36,456 bases of DNA, from positions 1-36,456 of the IMG/VR virus record IMGVR_UViG_3300038314_000750. One strand, 5' to 3'. The translations under genes were made by a program, and so were the position numbers. How positions within the stretch are numbered: position 1 is the stretch's first letter; each line of letters opens with the position of its first letter. Shown one piece after another: positions 16,776-26,087 of this stretch. Under the pieces are notes generated by a model. The model did no database searches and had not been told where the DNA came from. It saw only the letters and a program-made list of their open reading frames with translations. This stretch comes from a virus. Taxonomy: Duplodnaviria; Caudoviricetes.

Positions 16776-17152
16776 GGAGTTGTAGTTGACGCATTATCTT
16801 GAACCATTATCCAGTCATAAGCCCTGTATTGTTCAACTCCGCCAACAACTGCTTTTTTGTATATCTTGTTATTTTTTTCTTTAGTCATATAGATTACATA
16901 GCCAGCTTCGTTTTTAGCGGTTAAGTATTCGTGGACTTCATATTCTACTCCATTTATTATTTCTTTAGGTCGGTATTTATATTTGCCATTATCCTGTCGG
17001 TCTGATTTTATGGTCGTTATAAGAGTATCTATGTCTGCTTGAATTGTATCACCTTGAAATAATGGAGGAGTATAGGAATAAAGCAAAGTTCCTACTACGG
17101 CTATTAGCGTTATTGTCCCCGAAAATATCCAAGCTTTTTTGTTAATAGTCAT
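16772..17152 (-). CDS. membrane-anchored/secreted hypothetical protein (126 aa)
   Basis: ATG at 17152 preferred over GTG 17224 because another ORF occupies 17154-17291; N-terminal TM; ends NASTTTP. Confidence 0.65.
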   Translation of the reverse strand: MTINKKAWIFSGTITLIAVVGTLLYSYTPPLFQGDTIQADIDTLITTIKSDRQDNGKYKYRPKEIINGVEYEVHEYLTAKNEAGYVIYMTKEKNNKIYKKAVVGGVEQYRAYDWIMVQDNASTTTP

Positions 17153-17153
17153 A

Positions 17154-17291
17154 TTATTTACCTTTAAATGAAATAGGATCCAAATCAAACCACTTGCGAC
17201 ACCTGACGCACATCCATTGACCACCCTCTCCCTCTATTGGATATGGCGGTGGCGTGGTATGTCCTATTAGTTTACAAATCAGTTTAATCAT
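17154..17291 (-). CDS. DUF1660-like small zinc-binding protein (45 aa)
   Basis: Manual translation MIKLICKLIGH...WMCVRCRKWF; CxxxGH...CxRC pattern. Confidence 0.65.
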   Translation of the reverse strand: MIKLICKLIGHTTPPPYPIEGEGGQWMCVRCRKWFDLDPISFKGK

Positions 17292-17292
17292 A

Positions 17293-19164
17293 TTAGTCGC
17301 TTATTCTATAGCCGATTACCCGAATTATGAGATAATCGGGAGTTCCACTTTTAGTTACAAACTCTAATCTCATCGGTTCATAGGCATTAAATACATTATT
17401 AGTGGTAACCTCGTATTGGATTCTTGTGGTACTGCACGTTTTAGTTCCCGTATCATTAGTGCCATCTGAAAGGAATACTTGCTGGGAAGTTCCTGAATCT
17501 ACATGACACATAATCCCCGTAACTACCTGCTTCAAATAATGGTCTGGTAAATCAATTATTCCTCCGCTTATAAAATCTGGGGAGGTAGAAGGGACAATGA
17601 AAGAATAAAGTGTGGTTGTCGCACTACCCATCACAACTGGGCTTCCCGTAGTAGAGGTTGCTATTATAAGGTTTCCGCTTGTCATATCAAGAGCCATTTC
17701 ACCTATTGCGTTGACGGTGGGGGCTGCGGCATTAGGTATTTCAAGGCTTGTTGCTCCACCGAAATCCCAATCACCCGTAAAAGCAAAGCTACCATCATCG
17801 TCTATGTCGGCATCTATAACTGAATCATTAGCAAGTTCTCCTGCTGTTATATTTCCCCAAGTTACTTCACCACCTGCGGCTAAATCGGTCAGGTTACCCC
17901 AGTCAATAAAAGCATCTAATATAGAATCATTTGGAAAAGACACACCCGTATTTACAGTTAAATCATTAGCAATATAAAGCGAACCTGTGGTGGTGGCATT
18001 CCCGTCAACTCTAAAGTTGGCAGCAATAGTAGATGATGCCCTGACAAAGATACCTGCCGATGTATTAGTTGGAGTGATTGCGTTTAACCAAGGAGCATCC
18101 CAAGCTTGCGTGCTTGCGCCAGCGCCAGCATCAGAACCGCATACTAATAATCCATTAGCATCAGTATCTAAATTACAATTAGCATAAGACGGAAATGCAA
18201 ATGAACCAGTTGTAGTGGCATTCCCCTGTATTCTCAAATTAGCTTCTATAGTGGAACTGGCCTGAACGAAAATCCCAACCGATGTTGATGAGGGGCTAAT
18301 AGCTGTCGGGCTAAAAGATGACCAATCTTTCTGGGTATGATTTCTAGCGTCTAAATATGCCGAACCCTGTAAAGAGTCAAATGTTCCAGTCCAATCCCCT
18401 GTGGCATCTAGCGTAATAGCTTCGGTTGCGCAATCTATTCCCGTTCCTTCTACTTCAGAACAATCAAATGAAACCGTAGGGTTAGAAAATGTTATCCCAG
18501 TTCCACCAGTTAAATTGGGGACAAGTGTGCCAGCAGAATTGGTAAGTCCCGTACCAGTAAGGTCTGTAAAACCTTCTGAATTTATAAATAGTTCTCCGAC
18601 ATTTTGAGAACCTGTTGTAGTGGCGTTGGTTTCTATAATCAAACTGTTAATAGTTGAAGAAGCACTAACAACAAATCCTACCGTAGTTGAAGGAGTTATC
18701 CATCCTTCATCTGTTCCGATTGACCAGTTATTAATCCCCAAACCAGCCGTCCCCGTAAAACAATCAGCCCCACTAAAACAGAAAGTAGCAGCATCTACCG
18801 TGCCTGTAGTAGTTGAGTGTCCATCAACGCTAAAGTTTCCAATTACAGTAGAAGAAGAATTAATAAGTATACCATAACTGGTTGTGCTTGGAGTAATATA
18901 ATCACCGTTTCCGTTCCAATGAAGTCCTGCATTTAAGGCAGAAAAGTTGTCATTGATAGTAGTACGACTATCTGAAATCTTATCAGTCGCTTGAATGGTA
19001 GTAATTGAAGCGCCAAGCATTGGTTCTAGTGTGGGATTTTCCCAAGTTGCTTCTTCAAGAAATCCTATATCTTCAATAGGAGCAATCTGAGATTTAATAA
19101 ACAAAGCGAATATTATAAACAACAAAATTATTGTAAAAGATGTTAGTATAAAAGTTTTATTCAT
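17293..19164 (-). CDS. tail-fibre-like Ser/Thr-rich repeat protein with N-terminal signal/TM
   Basis: 623 aa; four ~40-aa repeats W...ITPSTT..G...ASSTI..N....NATTTG; N-terminal hydrophobic helix. Confidence 0.65.
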   Translation of the reverse strand: MNKTFILTSFTIILLFIIFALFIKSQIAPIEDIGFLEEATWENPTLEPMLGASITTIQATDKISDSRTTINDNFSALNAGLHWNGNGDYITPSTTSYGILINSSSTVIGNFSVDGHSTTTGTVDAATFCFSGADCFTGTAGLGINNWSIGTDEGWITPSTTVGFVVSASSTINSLIIETNATTTGSQNVGELFINSEGFTDLTGTGLTNSAGTLVPNLTGGTGITFSNPTVSFDCSEVEGTGIDCATEAITLDATGDWTGTFDSLQGSAYLDARNHTQKDWSSFSPTAISPSSTSVGIFVQASSTIEANLRIQGNATTTGSFAFPSYANCNLDTDANGLLVCGSDAGAGASTQAWDAPWLNAITPTNTSAGIFVRASSTIAANFRVDGNATTTGSLYIANDLTVNTGVSFPNDSILDAFIDWGNLTDLAAGGEVTWGNITAGELANDSVIDADIDDDGSFAFTGDWDFGGATSLEIPNAAAPTVNAIGEMALDMTSGNLIIATSTTGSPVVMGSATTTLYSFIVPSTSPDFISGGIIDLPDHYLKQVVTGIMCHVDSGTSQQVFLSDGTNDTGTKTCSTTRIQYEVTTNNVFNAYEPMRLEFVTKSGTPDYLIIRVIGYRISD

Positions 19165-19176
19165 AAATACCGCTAT

Positions 19177-19338
19177 TTAGGGTTTAGTTCTTTTTGTCCA
19201 AGTTGTGTCTTTTAACATTTGCCAAGCTTCTGGGGTATCCTTCCAGGTCTTTAATGCTTCTCTCCATATCAAACCACGCCTTGTTCTTTTGACCCAGGTT
19301 ACTGAAGGCTTTGTGCGTTTTCTGTAAGAAGTTGCCAT
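19177..19338 (-). CDS. small basic Trp-rich virion-module protein (53 aa)
   Basis: Manual translation MATSYRKRTKPSVTWVKRTRRGLIWREALKTWKDTPEAWQMLKDTTWTKRTKP; TAATG coupling to upstream gene. Confidence 0.6.
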   Translation of the reverse strand: MATSYRKRTKPSVTWVKRTRRGLIWREALKTWKDTPEAWQMLKDTTWTKRTKP

Positions 19339-20099
19339 TATTTATAACTCTCTTTAAAGTATTTACTCTTAAATCTTAATATTTTATCAGATGCTCTTGT
19401 TGAGTAAAATGCTTTCATTTTACTAATAAGCCCGCCCACTCTATCTTTGCCCCTTAGGGCTGGACCATAAAGTTCATCTTTACAAAATCTGACCAATCCT
19501 TTCACACCAAACTTCTGGGCATAATCAAGCGAAGCTCCTAAAGATAATGTCCTGTGAAAAGCATCTTCAAATACTGGCTCTGCTGTATTACCTGCTATAA
19601 AAGTAGCACTTCCAGCGAATGCTGAAAAAGGTAAAACTTCTTTCATATACCAAATTTTTAATCCATCAGTTCTATTAGTATCAGGAATAGGATAAATGAA
19701 AGTAGAATCATCAAAAGTATCAAACTCTGGACGACTTGTTGAAAACACATTATTAATATCAGCTGAAGAGCCTATAGATTTATCTAAACTGCCAGGGTCC
19801 ATAGGATGCGCCCTAACGTAGGACCCATCACCATTGTAATCTATTTCTATCCTTTTAATCTTCAAAATATCAGTTGGGAATGTATATTCCCCTTGATTGG
19901 CGACTAAATCAGCAGTTGCTACTTCACCTTGAAAATCCCATTCGTCCATTGAATCCAAAATTTCCACTATCATTCGGTTGTACCAATTATTTACATTCCT
20001 ATCTTTATCAGCTAAAGAATACGAAGCTGTATTTGTATTACAAAGATAATCAATATCTTGTAAAATACCTTGACTATTGGCAGTGTTATTATATTCCAT
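19338..20099 (-). CDS. head-tail adaptor / tail tubular protein A-like
   Basis: DLVANQGEYTFPTD, FIYPIPD, P-FEDAFH patterns typical of podovirus adaptor proteins; synteny. Confidence 0.7.
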   Translation of the reverse strand: MEYNNTANSQGILQDIDYLCNTNTASYSLADKDRNVNNWYNRMIVEILDSMDEWDFQGEVATADLVANQGEYTFPTDILKIKRIEIDYNGDGSYVRAHPMDPGSLDKSIGSSADINNVFSTSRPEFDTFDDSTFIYPIPDTNRTDGLKIWYMKEVLPFSAFAGSATFIAGNTAEPVFEDAFHRTLSLGASLDYAQKFGVKGLVRFCKDELYGPALRGKDRVGGLISKMKAFYSTRASDKILRFKSKYFKESYK

Positions 20100-20100
20100 G

Positions 20101-21156
20101 TTATTTATCCGCTACCCTGTGATACACATTTGCCCATTTGTGAGCATGTTTTTTAAAATTTGAATGCTTAATAGTCCATTCGTAAGCATTTTGAGCCATT
20201 ATCTTACGCTGTTTTTCGTTTTCGATTAAATAACTTATTTTATCAAACCATTCCTTTTTATTTTCTTTAGCCACTAATCCCGTTACTCCGTCTTTAACTG
20301 ACTTATAAAGAAATTTAGAATATACTCCTGCTATCTTATTTAAACTATATTCCCCATATTTGCATTGTGATTTACATTTAGCAAATGGTTCTTCAACTAC
20401 TGGTGCTATAGCTATGTCCCCTCGCAATGAAGACAATTTAGACGGCCATACTTCCATTGGAGCGCCTAAACTAAATTCATACTGGTCTTGTGGCAAATCT
20501 TTGAACAAACTTTCTCCATAATTATATTGAACCCACTTGTCTGGAGAGTTAGTTCCACCAAACCCGCAACAAACGAACTTAACATTTTTATATTTATTTA
20601 AAATCTTTTTAATAACTGGGGCTATAAATTGTAAATCTAATTTATGGGAATTGCCCCCCGCCCATAAAAGCCTAATCTTATCTGAAGTATTTGGCTTATG
20701 CGGTTTAAGCCAAAATGATATATCAAAATAGTTTGGGAGAACAGTGATGTCATCGTTAAACCACTTATATCTATTTTTAATTACCTCTGTGGTTGTAGTG
20801 ATAGCATCCGACTTCCACAAACACCAGTAGGTTAAAAATGTTCTCCACCAATTCATTTCCTTATAAGCATAGTGAGTTTTAGGGACTCGTTCCATCATAT
20901 CATCAAGCTCATAAACTATCTTTGCCCCTGCTTTATGGCAGGCGTTAATAAAGGTGGGCGAATAGACCATTTCTACTACAACTATATCTGCCCATTGGAG
21001 AAGCCCATCTGGTATCCCGCCAGTTTCCCCCGACTTCAGTCCCCTGATTTTAATATCATGTCCGAGAGAAGCCATATAGTAAGCCTGTGGAATAATACGG
21101 TATAAACGACTGCCTGTAGAATTATGGATAAAGATGATATGTAATTTATTTTTCAT
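20101..21156 (-). CDS. GT-B fold (GT4-like) glycosyltransferase
   Basis: LYRIIP, IVYELDD, DAITTTT, VLPN, WAGGNSH, DIAIAP...F..CKSQCKYGEY. Confidence 0.85.
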   Translation of the reverse strand: MKNKLHIIFIHNSTGSRLYRIIPQAYYMASLGHDIKIRGLKSGETGGIPDGLLQWADIVVVEMVYSPTFINACHKAGAKIVYELDDMMERVPKTHYAYKEMNWWRTFLTYWCLWKSDAITTTTEVIKNRYKWFNDDITVLPNYFDISFWLKPHKPNTSDKIRLLWAGGNSHKLDLQFIAPVIKKILNKYKNVKFVCCGFGGTNSPDKWVQYNYGESLFKDLPQDQYEFSLGAPMEVWPSKLSSLRGDIAIAPVVEEPFAKCKSQCKYGEYSLNKIAGVYSKFLYKSVKDGVTGLVAKENKKEWFDKISYLIENEKQRKIMAQNAYEWTIKHSNFKKHAHKWANVYHRVADK

Positions 21157-21781
21157 TTAAATATTCTCCTATAGTTTTAAATTTTGCATCTGTTGGCATT
21201 TTGAGAAGATTGGGATATGCAATGTCCAGTCCGTTATTAGTCAACCATATATGTCCATGAGCCTTTATAGTGTGATACTTGGGGATTGGCTGTTCTATAG
21301 ACCAACTCCAAATATATGTAGGAATGTCTGTATGCGTGACTGGATTGTTTCTGTCAATAGCCAGCGTATATCCATTCTCTAAGAGAACCTCCTCTGCTTC
21401 TTTGCTTCCTTCCCAGAATGGGAACTTGAATACTTTTATAAAATCTAATCCCAATACTTTTTCTAAACAATTCTCTGTAGCTTTCAACATTGTTCTTAGA
21501 ATTTCCTTATCATTAATTAACCATTCTCTTCTTAGATGAGCAAAGCCGTGTGGAGCTACCTCTATCCAGGGGTTGTTTTTAATTAACTTACCCCATTCTT
21601 TAAACTTCTCTATAGTGACTTTCTTAGTCATCAACGCTGCATGAAATCCTGGCGTAAAACAAGTGCATTTAAAATTAGGATAATGCTCTTTTAATTTAAA
21701 TAATAATTCTGTCCCAGGTGTCGTGGCGTTTAAATCATCAAAATCACAGATAAATGTTTGTTTTACTTTGTTGCTAGACAT
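21146..21781 (-). CDS. polysaccharide deacetylase-like (CE4/NodB, DUF2334-like) protein
   Basis: CDFDD, EVAPHGFAH, FKFPFW, HGH motifs. Confidence 0.75.
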   Translation of the reverse strand: MSSNKVKQTFICDFDDLNATTPGTELLFKLKEHYPNFKCTCFTPGFHAALMTKKVTIEKFKEWGKLIKNNPWIEVAPHGFAHLRREWLINDKEILRTMLKATENCLEKVLGLDFIKVFKFPFWEGSKEAEEVLLENGYTLAIDRNNPVTHTDIPTYIWSWSIEQPIPKYHTIKAHGHIWLTNNGLDIAYPNLLKMPTDAKFKTIGEYLNEK

Positions 21782-22266
21782 AAAATTACTTCGTGTCGGA
21801 ATTCAAGGTCAACGCCCTTAAATCCAGCATTTAATAAAAGTTTGTTCATAGCAGCTGGGGTGTGTCTCCAGTAATCATCCCATTCTTGCCAAGGTTTCTG
21901 TCTTTGATTATCTTGGTGAAAGGCACAATGAAAGGGACAATCTATAATAGCATATCTCTTACATACCCGATAAATCTCTTTAATAGCTTTTTCATAATCC
22001 CAAATATGTTCTAATGTTTGGGTCATAATTACTAAATCATAAGCGTTATCTGGTATTTGATTATTGGTAATATCCCCAACTATATCTGGTTTCCATTTAG
22101 GGTTTATGTCCATTGTCGTCCATTTATTATTTTTTCCAAAGAACCTATAAGAACCACTTGGTTTCTCATCTCCAGCAATACCTATTTCAAGTATATCCCA
22201 ATCAATAGGATTCAACTCAATCGCAATTTTTTCTAAAAATACATTAACTTTATTCCGCAAACTCAT
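21763..22266 (-). CDS. class I SAM-dependent methyltransferase
   Basis: ILEIG, PDIVGDI, YDLVIMTQTLEHI, DYWR. Confidence 0.85.
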   Translation of the reverse strand: MSLRNKVNVFLEKIAIELNPIDWDILEIGIAGDEKPSGSYRFFGKNNKWTTMDINPKWKPDIVGDITNNQIPDNAYDLVIMTQTLEHIWDYEKAIKEIYRVCKRYAIIDCPFHCAFHQDNQRQKPWQEWDDYWRHTPAAMNKLLLNAGFKGVDLEFRHEVILCLATK

Positions 22267-22495
22267 AAATATTGTTTTAATGACTCTTTATAAATCTTTT
22301 CGTTAATCTTAGAAATGGTTTTTTGTTTATGCTCCTTATGAAAACCAGCTGCTTCTTTAACTCTTTTAAAACTACAGCCGATACTATCCATTCTTAACAT
22401 CATTTCGTAATCATCTGCCCCGTATCCGACCATTTCTTTAGAAACTTCTTAATACATTCTTCTCTGATTGTTGGAACCACCACGATAGCTTTCAT
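22263..22495 (-). pseudogene. out-of-frame fusion of two glycosyltransferase-related gene ends (deletion scar)
   Basis: Frame A MKAIVVVPTIREECIKKFLKKW (GT-A/RGP-like start, stop at 22400); frame B SKEMVGYGADDYEMMLRM...GFHKEH...QYL (GT2 C-terminal GxGxxD motif); both ends ATGA-coupled to neighbours. Confidence 0.7.
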
Positions 22496-23124
22496 GTTTT
22501 TACAAACCTCACTAAAAACCAATTTGGAGGGAGTGGTCTTTTATTTAATACATCATACGGAATAATAATTGGAGATGCGGTCTTGCTATCATCAAAAATG
22601 CCCTTTGAAATCTCTTTGAATTCTATTGGTGTCCATTCCTGAATATGTTCTTCTGACATTAATGTATCTCCTATCTTCCATGGTGTTGTGAGGAGTAGGA
22701 CTCCTTTTCTCTTTAAAACTCTTTTCATCTCTAGCAACAATTCTTTCGGTTTCTCAACGTGCTCAACAATCTCTTGGACAGAAATAACATCAAATGTATT
22801 ATCCTCAAACGGTAGATGAAAAGCATCAGCGACCATATAATCTATGTTCTTAGCTAAAGTCTTTGCTTTCTTGATGGCGAACTTAGAATAATCTATACCA
22901 ACGACATCCAATGCGGGATTTCTAGCTTTAATATACCGACAAAAGTTTCCTAATCCGCACCCAACATCTAACAAACTGCCCCTAGTGGGTATATGAGTAC
23001 CCATCGTATCAAATCTTAATCCGTCCCACCTATAACCCATAGCCCCATTGATATGTTCTGACTTCATTAACTTCCATTCCTTCTTAAATTGCTTATCCCA
23101 GAACTTAGGATTGTTTAGGTTCAT
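22492..23124 (-). CDS. class I SAM-dependent methyltransferase
   Basis: LLDVGCGLG, GIDYS, LPFEDNTFD, EIVEHV, EMKRVLK. Confidence 0.9.
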   Translation of the reverse strand: MNLNNPKFWDKQFKKEWKLMKSEHINGAMGYRWDGLRFDTMGTHIPTRGSLLDVGCGLGNFCRYIKARNPALDVVGIDYSKFAIKKAKTLAKNIDYMVADAFHLPFEDNTFDVISVQEIVEHVEKPKELLLEMKRVLKRKGVLLLTTPWKIGDTLMSEEHIQEWTPIEFKEISKGIFDDSKTASPIIIPYDVLNKRPLPPNWFLVRFVKT

Positions 23125-24619
23125 ATTTAGTAGTCTTTAGTTTCTCCTTTTTGGCTTCGTATTCTGGATGAGCTTTCGCTTGAAACGATGTGAAATCCAT
23201 GTGTTCTACAATTACGTTTTCAAGATATGCAAGTATGTATTGGTATTTAATAGCATATTGGCTAAATGTATAATCCTGGTCTCCGTGTAAAAAGTCGTCC
23301 TCTTCCCATCTGAAGTGCTTGTAAATAAAGGCTGGAGCCGCACAACATATTCCTCCGATGTGAGGAGCCAACCCTAAAAAGTGTTCTCCTACATAAGCAT
23401 ACTGTGTTCTTGGAACTCCACCTGGAGTATCTCGTAATCCTTCAACTCTTGGCGACACAACAAACTGTCTTTGTTTTTCATATAAATCAACTATATCTTT
23501 AAGCCAGTCTTTTGTTAAAAACAAACAATCGTTGTCTGCTTTTATAATTACATCATAGCCCTCACCAATTATGTCCAATAATTCATTGGAAGCCTTTGAG
23601 ATACCTACATTCTCATCATCACCAATCATTTCTTTTACTTCAGCATTCTTTAATATCCAATGGCGAGTTCCATCAGTAGAACCATTATCATATACAAACC
23701 AATCAAACTTATGTCCAGCGTTCTTCTTCATTGATTCATACATGCGTTTTGTGTAATCAAGTCGGTTCATTGTTAGGGTGAATATGGCTACCTTTAACTT
23801 TGGTCGTTCGCCATATAAAGTCTTGTCTGGAAATATCTTACAATCATCTGGACTAAAGTCAGGGAGATTCTTCCCAGTAATAGGATGCTTCTTATCTTGT
23901 TTCTTAAATTGATTACACCCTGGATGAACATAGTAATCGGTAATAATAATTGGCACATGTTGAAATCTATATCCAGCTTTTGTCATTCTGACCCATAAAT
24001 TCCAATCAGCATACTTTACTAATGCCTCGTCCCAACCACCAACTGCCTCAATACAAGCCTTACGAATAAGCACGTCTGAAGTATCAATGTAGTTTTCCTG
24101 AGTTAATAGTGCAGCATTAAAATCACTTGAATTGCCCTTCATTGGCTTGAACTTACCACTATCATCTACTATCCATCTATCTCCATAAACTACATCATTT
24201 TTTCCTAAATATTTATAAAGAACTTGTAAATGATCTCTACGATACTCATTATCATCATCAAGGTATGCTACCAAATCCGCTGTCGCAGCTTGCGTGCCTT
24301 CGTTCTTAGGGCGTGGATGCTGCCCAAAGTTAGAGCTACGCCTAATATACCTAATCCTATTATCTTTACGAACCATCTTTTCACAATACTTTTGGGTTTT
24401 GTCTGTTGAATAATCATCTACAATGATGAGTTCCCAATCAGTAAATGTCTGATTAAGAACTGATTTAACTGCTTTTTTTAAACGACTAACACGATTATAA
24501 GTCGTTGTTATCACACTAATCGCTGGGTCACTTGTCGAAGTAGTTATCATAAATTTAGTGCTAAAGCGGCAGTTATAAGGATTAACGCAGCGGAAAACGT
24601 CTTTCCCTATAGCCGCCAC
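23105..24619 (-). CDS. tandem GT2 glycosyltransferase (two GT-A domains); start may be ATG 24550
   Basis: ISVITTTYNR, IIVDDYSTD, YLDDD; second domain YDNGSTDG, KADND. Confidence 0.9.
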   Translation of the reverse strand: MAAIGKDVFRCVNPYNCRFSTKFMITTSTSDPAISVITTTYNRVSRLKKAVKSVLNQTFTDWELIIVDDYSTDKTQKYCEKMVRKDNRIRYIRRSSNFGQHPRPKNEGTQAATADLVAYLDDDNEYRRDHLQVLYKYLGKNDVVYGDRWIVDDSGKFKPMKGNSSDFNAALLTQENYIDTSDVLIRKACIEAVGGWDEALVKYADWNLWVRMTKAGYRFQHVPIIITDYYVHPGCNQFKKQDKKHPITGKNLPDFSPDDCKIFPDKTLYGERPKLKVAIFTLTMNRLDYTKRMYESMKKNAGHKFDWFVYDNGSTDGTRHWILKNAEVKEMIGDDENVGISKASNELLDIIGEGYDVIIKADNDCLFLTKDWLKDIVDLYEKQRQFVVSPRVEGLRDTPGGVPRTQYAYVGEHFLGLAPHIGGICCAAPAFIYKHFRWEEDDFLHGDQDYTFSQYAIKYQYILAYLENVIVEHMDFTSFQAKAHPEYEAKKEKLKTTKYEPKQS

Positions 24620-24626
24620 CTTAACA
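24559..24626 (-). ncRNA. long G-U rich RNA hairpin (22-bp stem) with loop complementary to AGCGGAAAA
   Basis: UGUUAAGGUGGCGGCUAUAGGG pairs with CCUUAUAACUGCCGCUUUAGCA with one mismatch and several G-U pairs. Confidence 0.6.
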
Positions 24627-24630
24627 TCCG

Positions 24631-25023
24631 CTATGTTTTAAATCCTTTTTGTTGCATTTTTTCTAACATCTCTTTATTTTTAGGACTTGTAAAATGCTTT
24701 ACAAATTGTCTTGATGTAATGATTTTCCTACCCAATAGTGTTAATCCAATGCCAGTAAGAGAACGATGCTGTGTTCCGTCTTTTGTTTCATATCCTTGGT
24801 CTCCACGCTTATCGTTTATGTTTGACCAGCCCTTAGCCCCCTTACAACCCTTGGGGATAGATATTAAACGCTTATTGCCTAAATATAAAACCTCTATCTC
24901 TTGATTAAGCTCTGTGTATTCTTCACCAGTCTTTTCGTCAAGGAAACGTGTATTGATTTTCTCTATATGTAATCTTCTATCAAATTGTTGCAACCATTTC
25001 TCAAATGTCTTTTGAATTATCAT
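24631..25023 (-). CDS. hypothetical protein (130 aa)
   Basis: ORF track; directly downstream of capsid gene. Confidence 0.7.
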   Translation of the reverse strand: MIIQKTFEKWLQQFDRRLHIEKINTRFLDEKTGEEYTELNQEIEVLYLGNKRLISIPKGCKGAKGWSNINDKRGDQGYETKDGTQHRSLTGIGLTLLGRKIITSRQFVKHFTSPKNKEMLEKMQQKGFKT

Positions 25024-25029
25024 AATAAT

Positions 25030-25075
25030 TGTTCCCTCAGGGAGCTTCTATGTGTTCAAAGCTCCCCTAGGAACG
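25030..25075 (-). other. stem-loop downstream of major capsid gene (terminator/processing site)
   Basis: GTTCC..GGGAGCTT / AAGCTCCC..GGAAC inverted repeat; no clear U-tract. Confidence 0.5.
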
Positions 25076-25113
25076 TTTGCTAATTGCCTTTATCACAATA
25101 GCAAACTCAAAAC

Positions 25114-26076
25114 TTAGTCTCCGAGTACTGCACCACTCTCAACACGAATCATACGACTGCTATTCAACTCTCTCGTAGCAAAAGCCATCTTGAATCCAAC
25201 AGTTCCATACAAATCTAATGTTGAAACTGGAGATGGATTCTTAATAATGGTTTTGATGTCTTCGAATTCTGAAACTCCGTAGTGTTCTGGACCAAAGATA
25301 TAAGACTGGTAAACATCAGTGTTAGCCGAACCAGAAGCAACCATCTTTAGAGCTTGCTGACTCAGAATAAACTCAACACCGAATAATCGACCAACTACAC
25401 CCTTGCCCATTCCACTACTTGCAGCATTGCCAAATGTTCGCATATCACCCATACCACTCTCTGTGTGTTTGAGGATTTCCTGCCAGTTAGCTGTGTCGCC
25501 CTGTAAATCATACTTAACGTCCTGATTAATAATACCCCGATAAAAACCATCTGGGTATGGTTGTGCTTTAAGAGTTTCAAGACTATTAAGAGATTCACGA
25601 ACTTCAGCTATGTCCATATCAAATGTACCATCTGTGGCAATAGAGTTGCGAGCAACCGCGGTCCCGCCATACTGAGCTGAACCACCTGCTGTGAAGTTAC
25701 TGTCACGAATAACAGTATCAATCTCTAATGCAGCTGCACGGGCTAATCGTTCCATCACTTCTACCATTGACTGAGGAACCCAAGTGCCTTGTAAGATGTC
25801 AGAAATTTTAACGGTCTGACCATACTGAGCTAAAGCTGCGGTAAGGTCACCTGCTGACAAATTGGTCTCATCTGGGTCTGTCCCTTCGGTAAGGGCTGGA
25901 CTTGCTGAAAAATCAGCAATAGACAACCAATGGACTAATTCACCCTGGTTCCTTGGGTGGGTGCTCTTTAACCCCCAACCAGCAAATACTGTGTTTGCGC
26001 GAAGTTCATTCAAGAATACTTTATTATAATATTCTTCAATAAGTTCTGCCTCTGTAGATATTGTAACTGTAGCCAT
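25114..26076 (-). CDS. major capsid protein (HK97 fold, N4-gp56/P22-coat-like)
   Basis: 320 aa; LTEG, QYG..VKISD, AAALEIDTVIRD, DVKYDLQGD..W, GRLFGVEF, YGTVGFK; follows scaffold. Confidence 0.9.
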   Translation of the reverse strand: MATVTISTEAELIEEYYNKVFLNELRANTVFAGWGLKSTHPRNQGELVHWLSIADFSASPALTEGTDPDETNLSAGDLTAALAQYGQTVKISDILQGTWVPQSMVEVMERLARAAALEIDTVIRDSNFTAGGSAQYGGTAVARNSIATDGTFDMDIAEVRESLNSLETLKAQPYPDGFYRGIINQDVKYDLQGDTANWQEILKHTESGMGDMRTFGNAASSGMGKGVVGRLFGVEFILSQQALKMVASGSANTDVYQSYIFGPEHYGVSEFEDIKTIIKNPSPVSTLDLYGTVGFKMAFATRELNSSRMIRVESGAVLGD

Positions 26077-26087
26077 CTAAATTCCGC

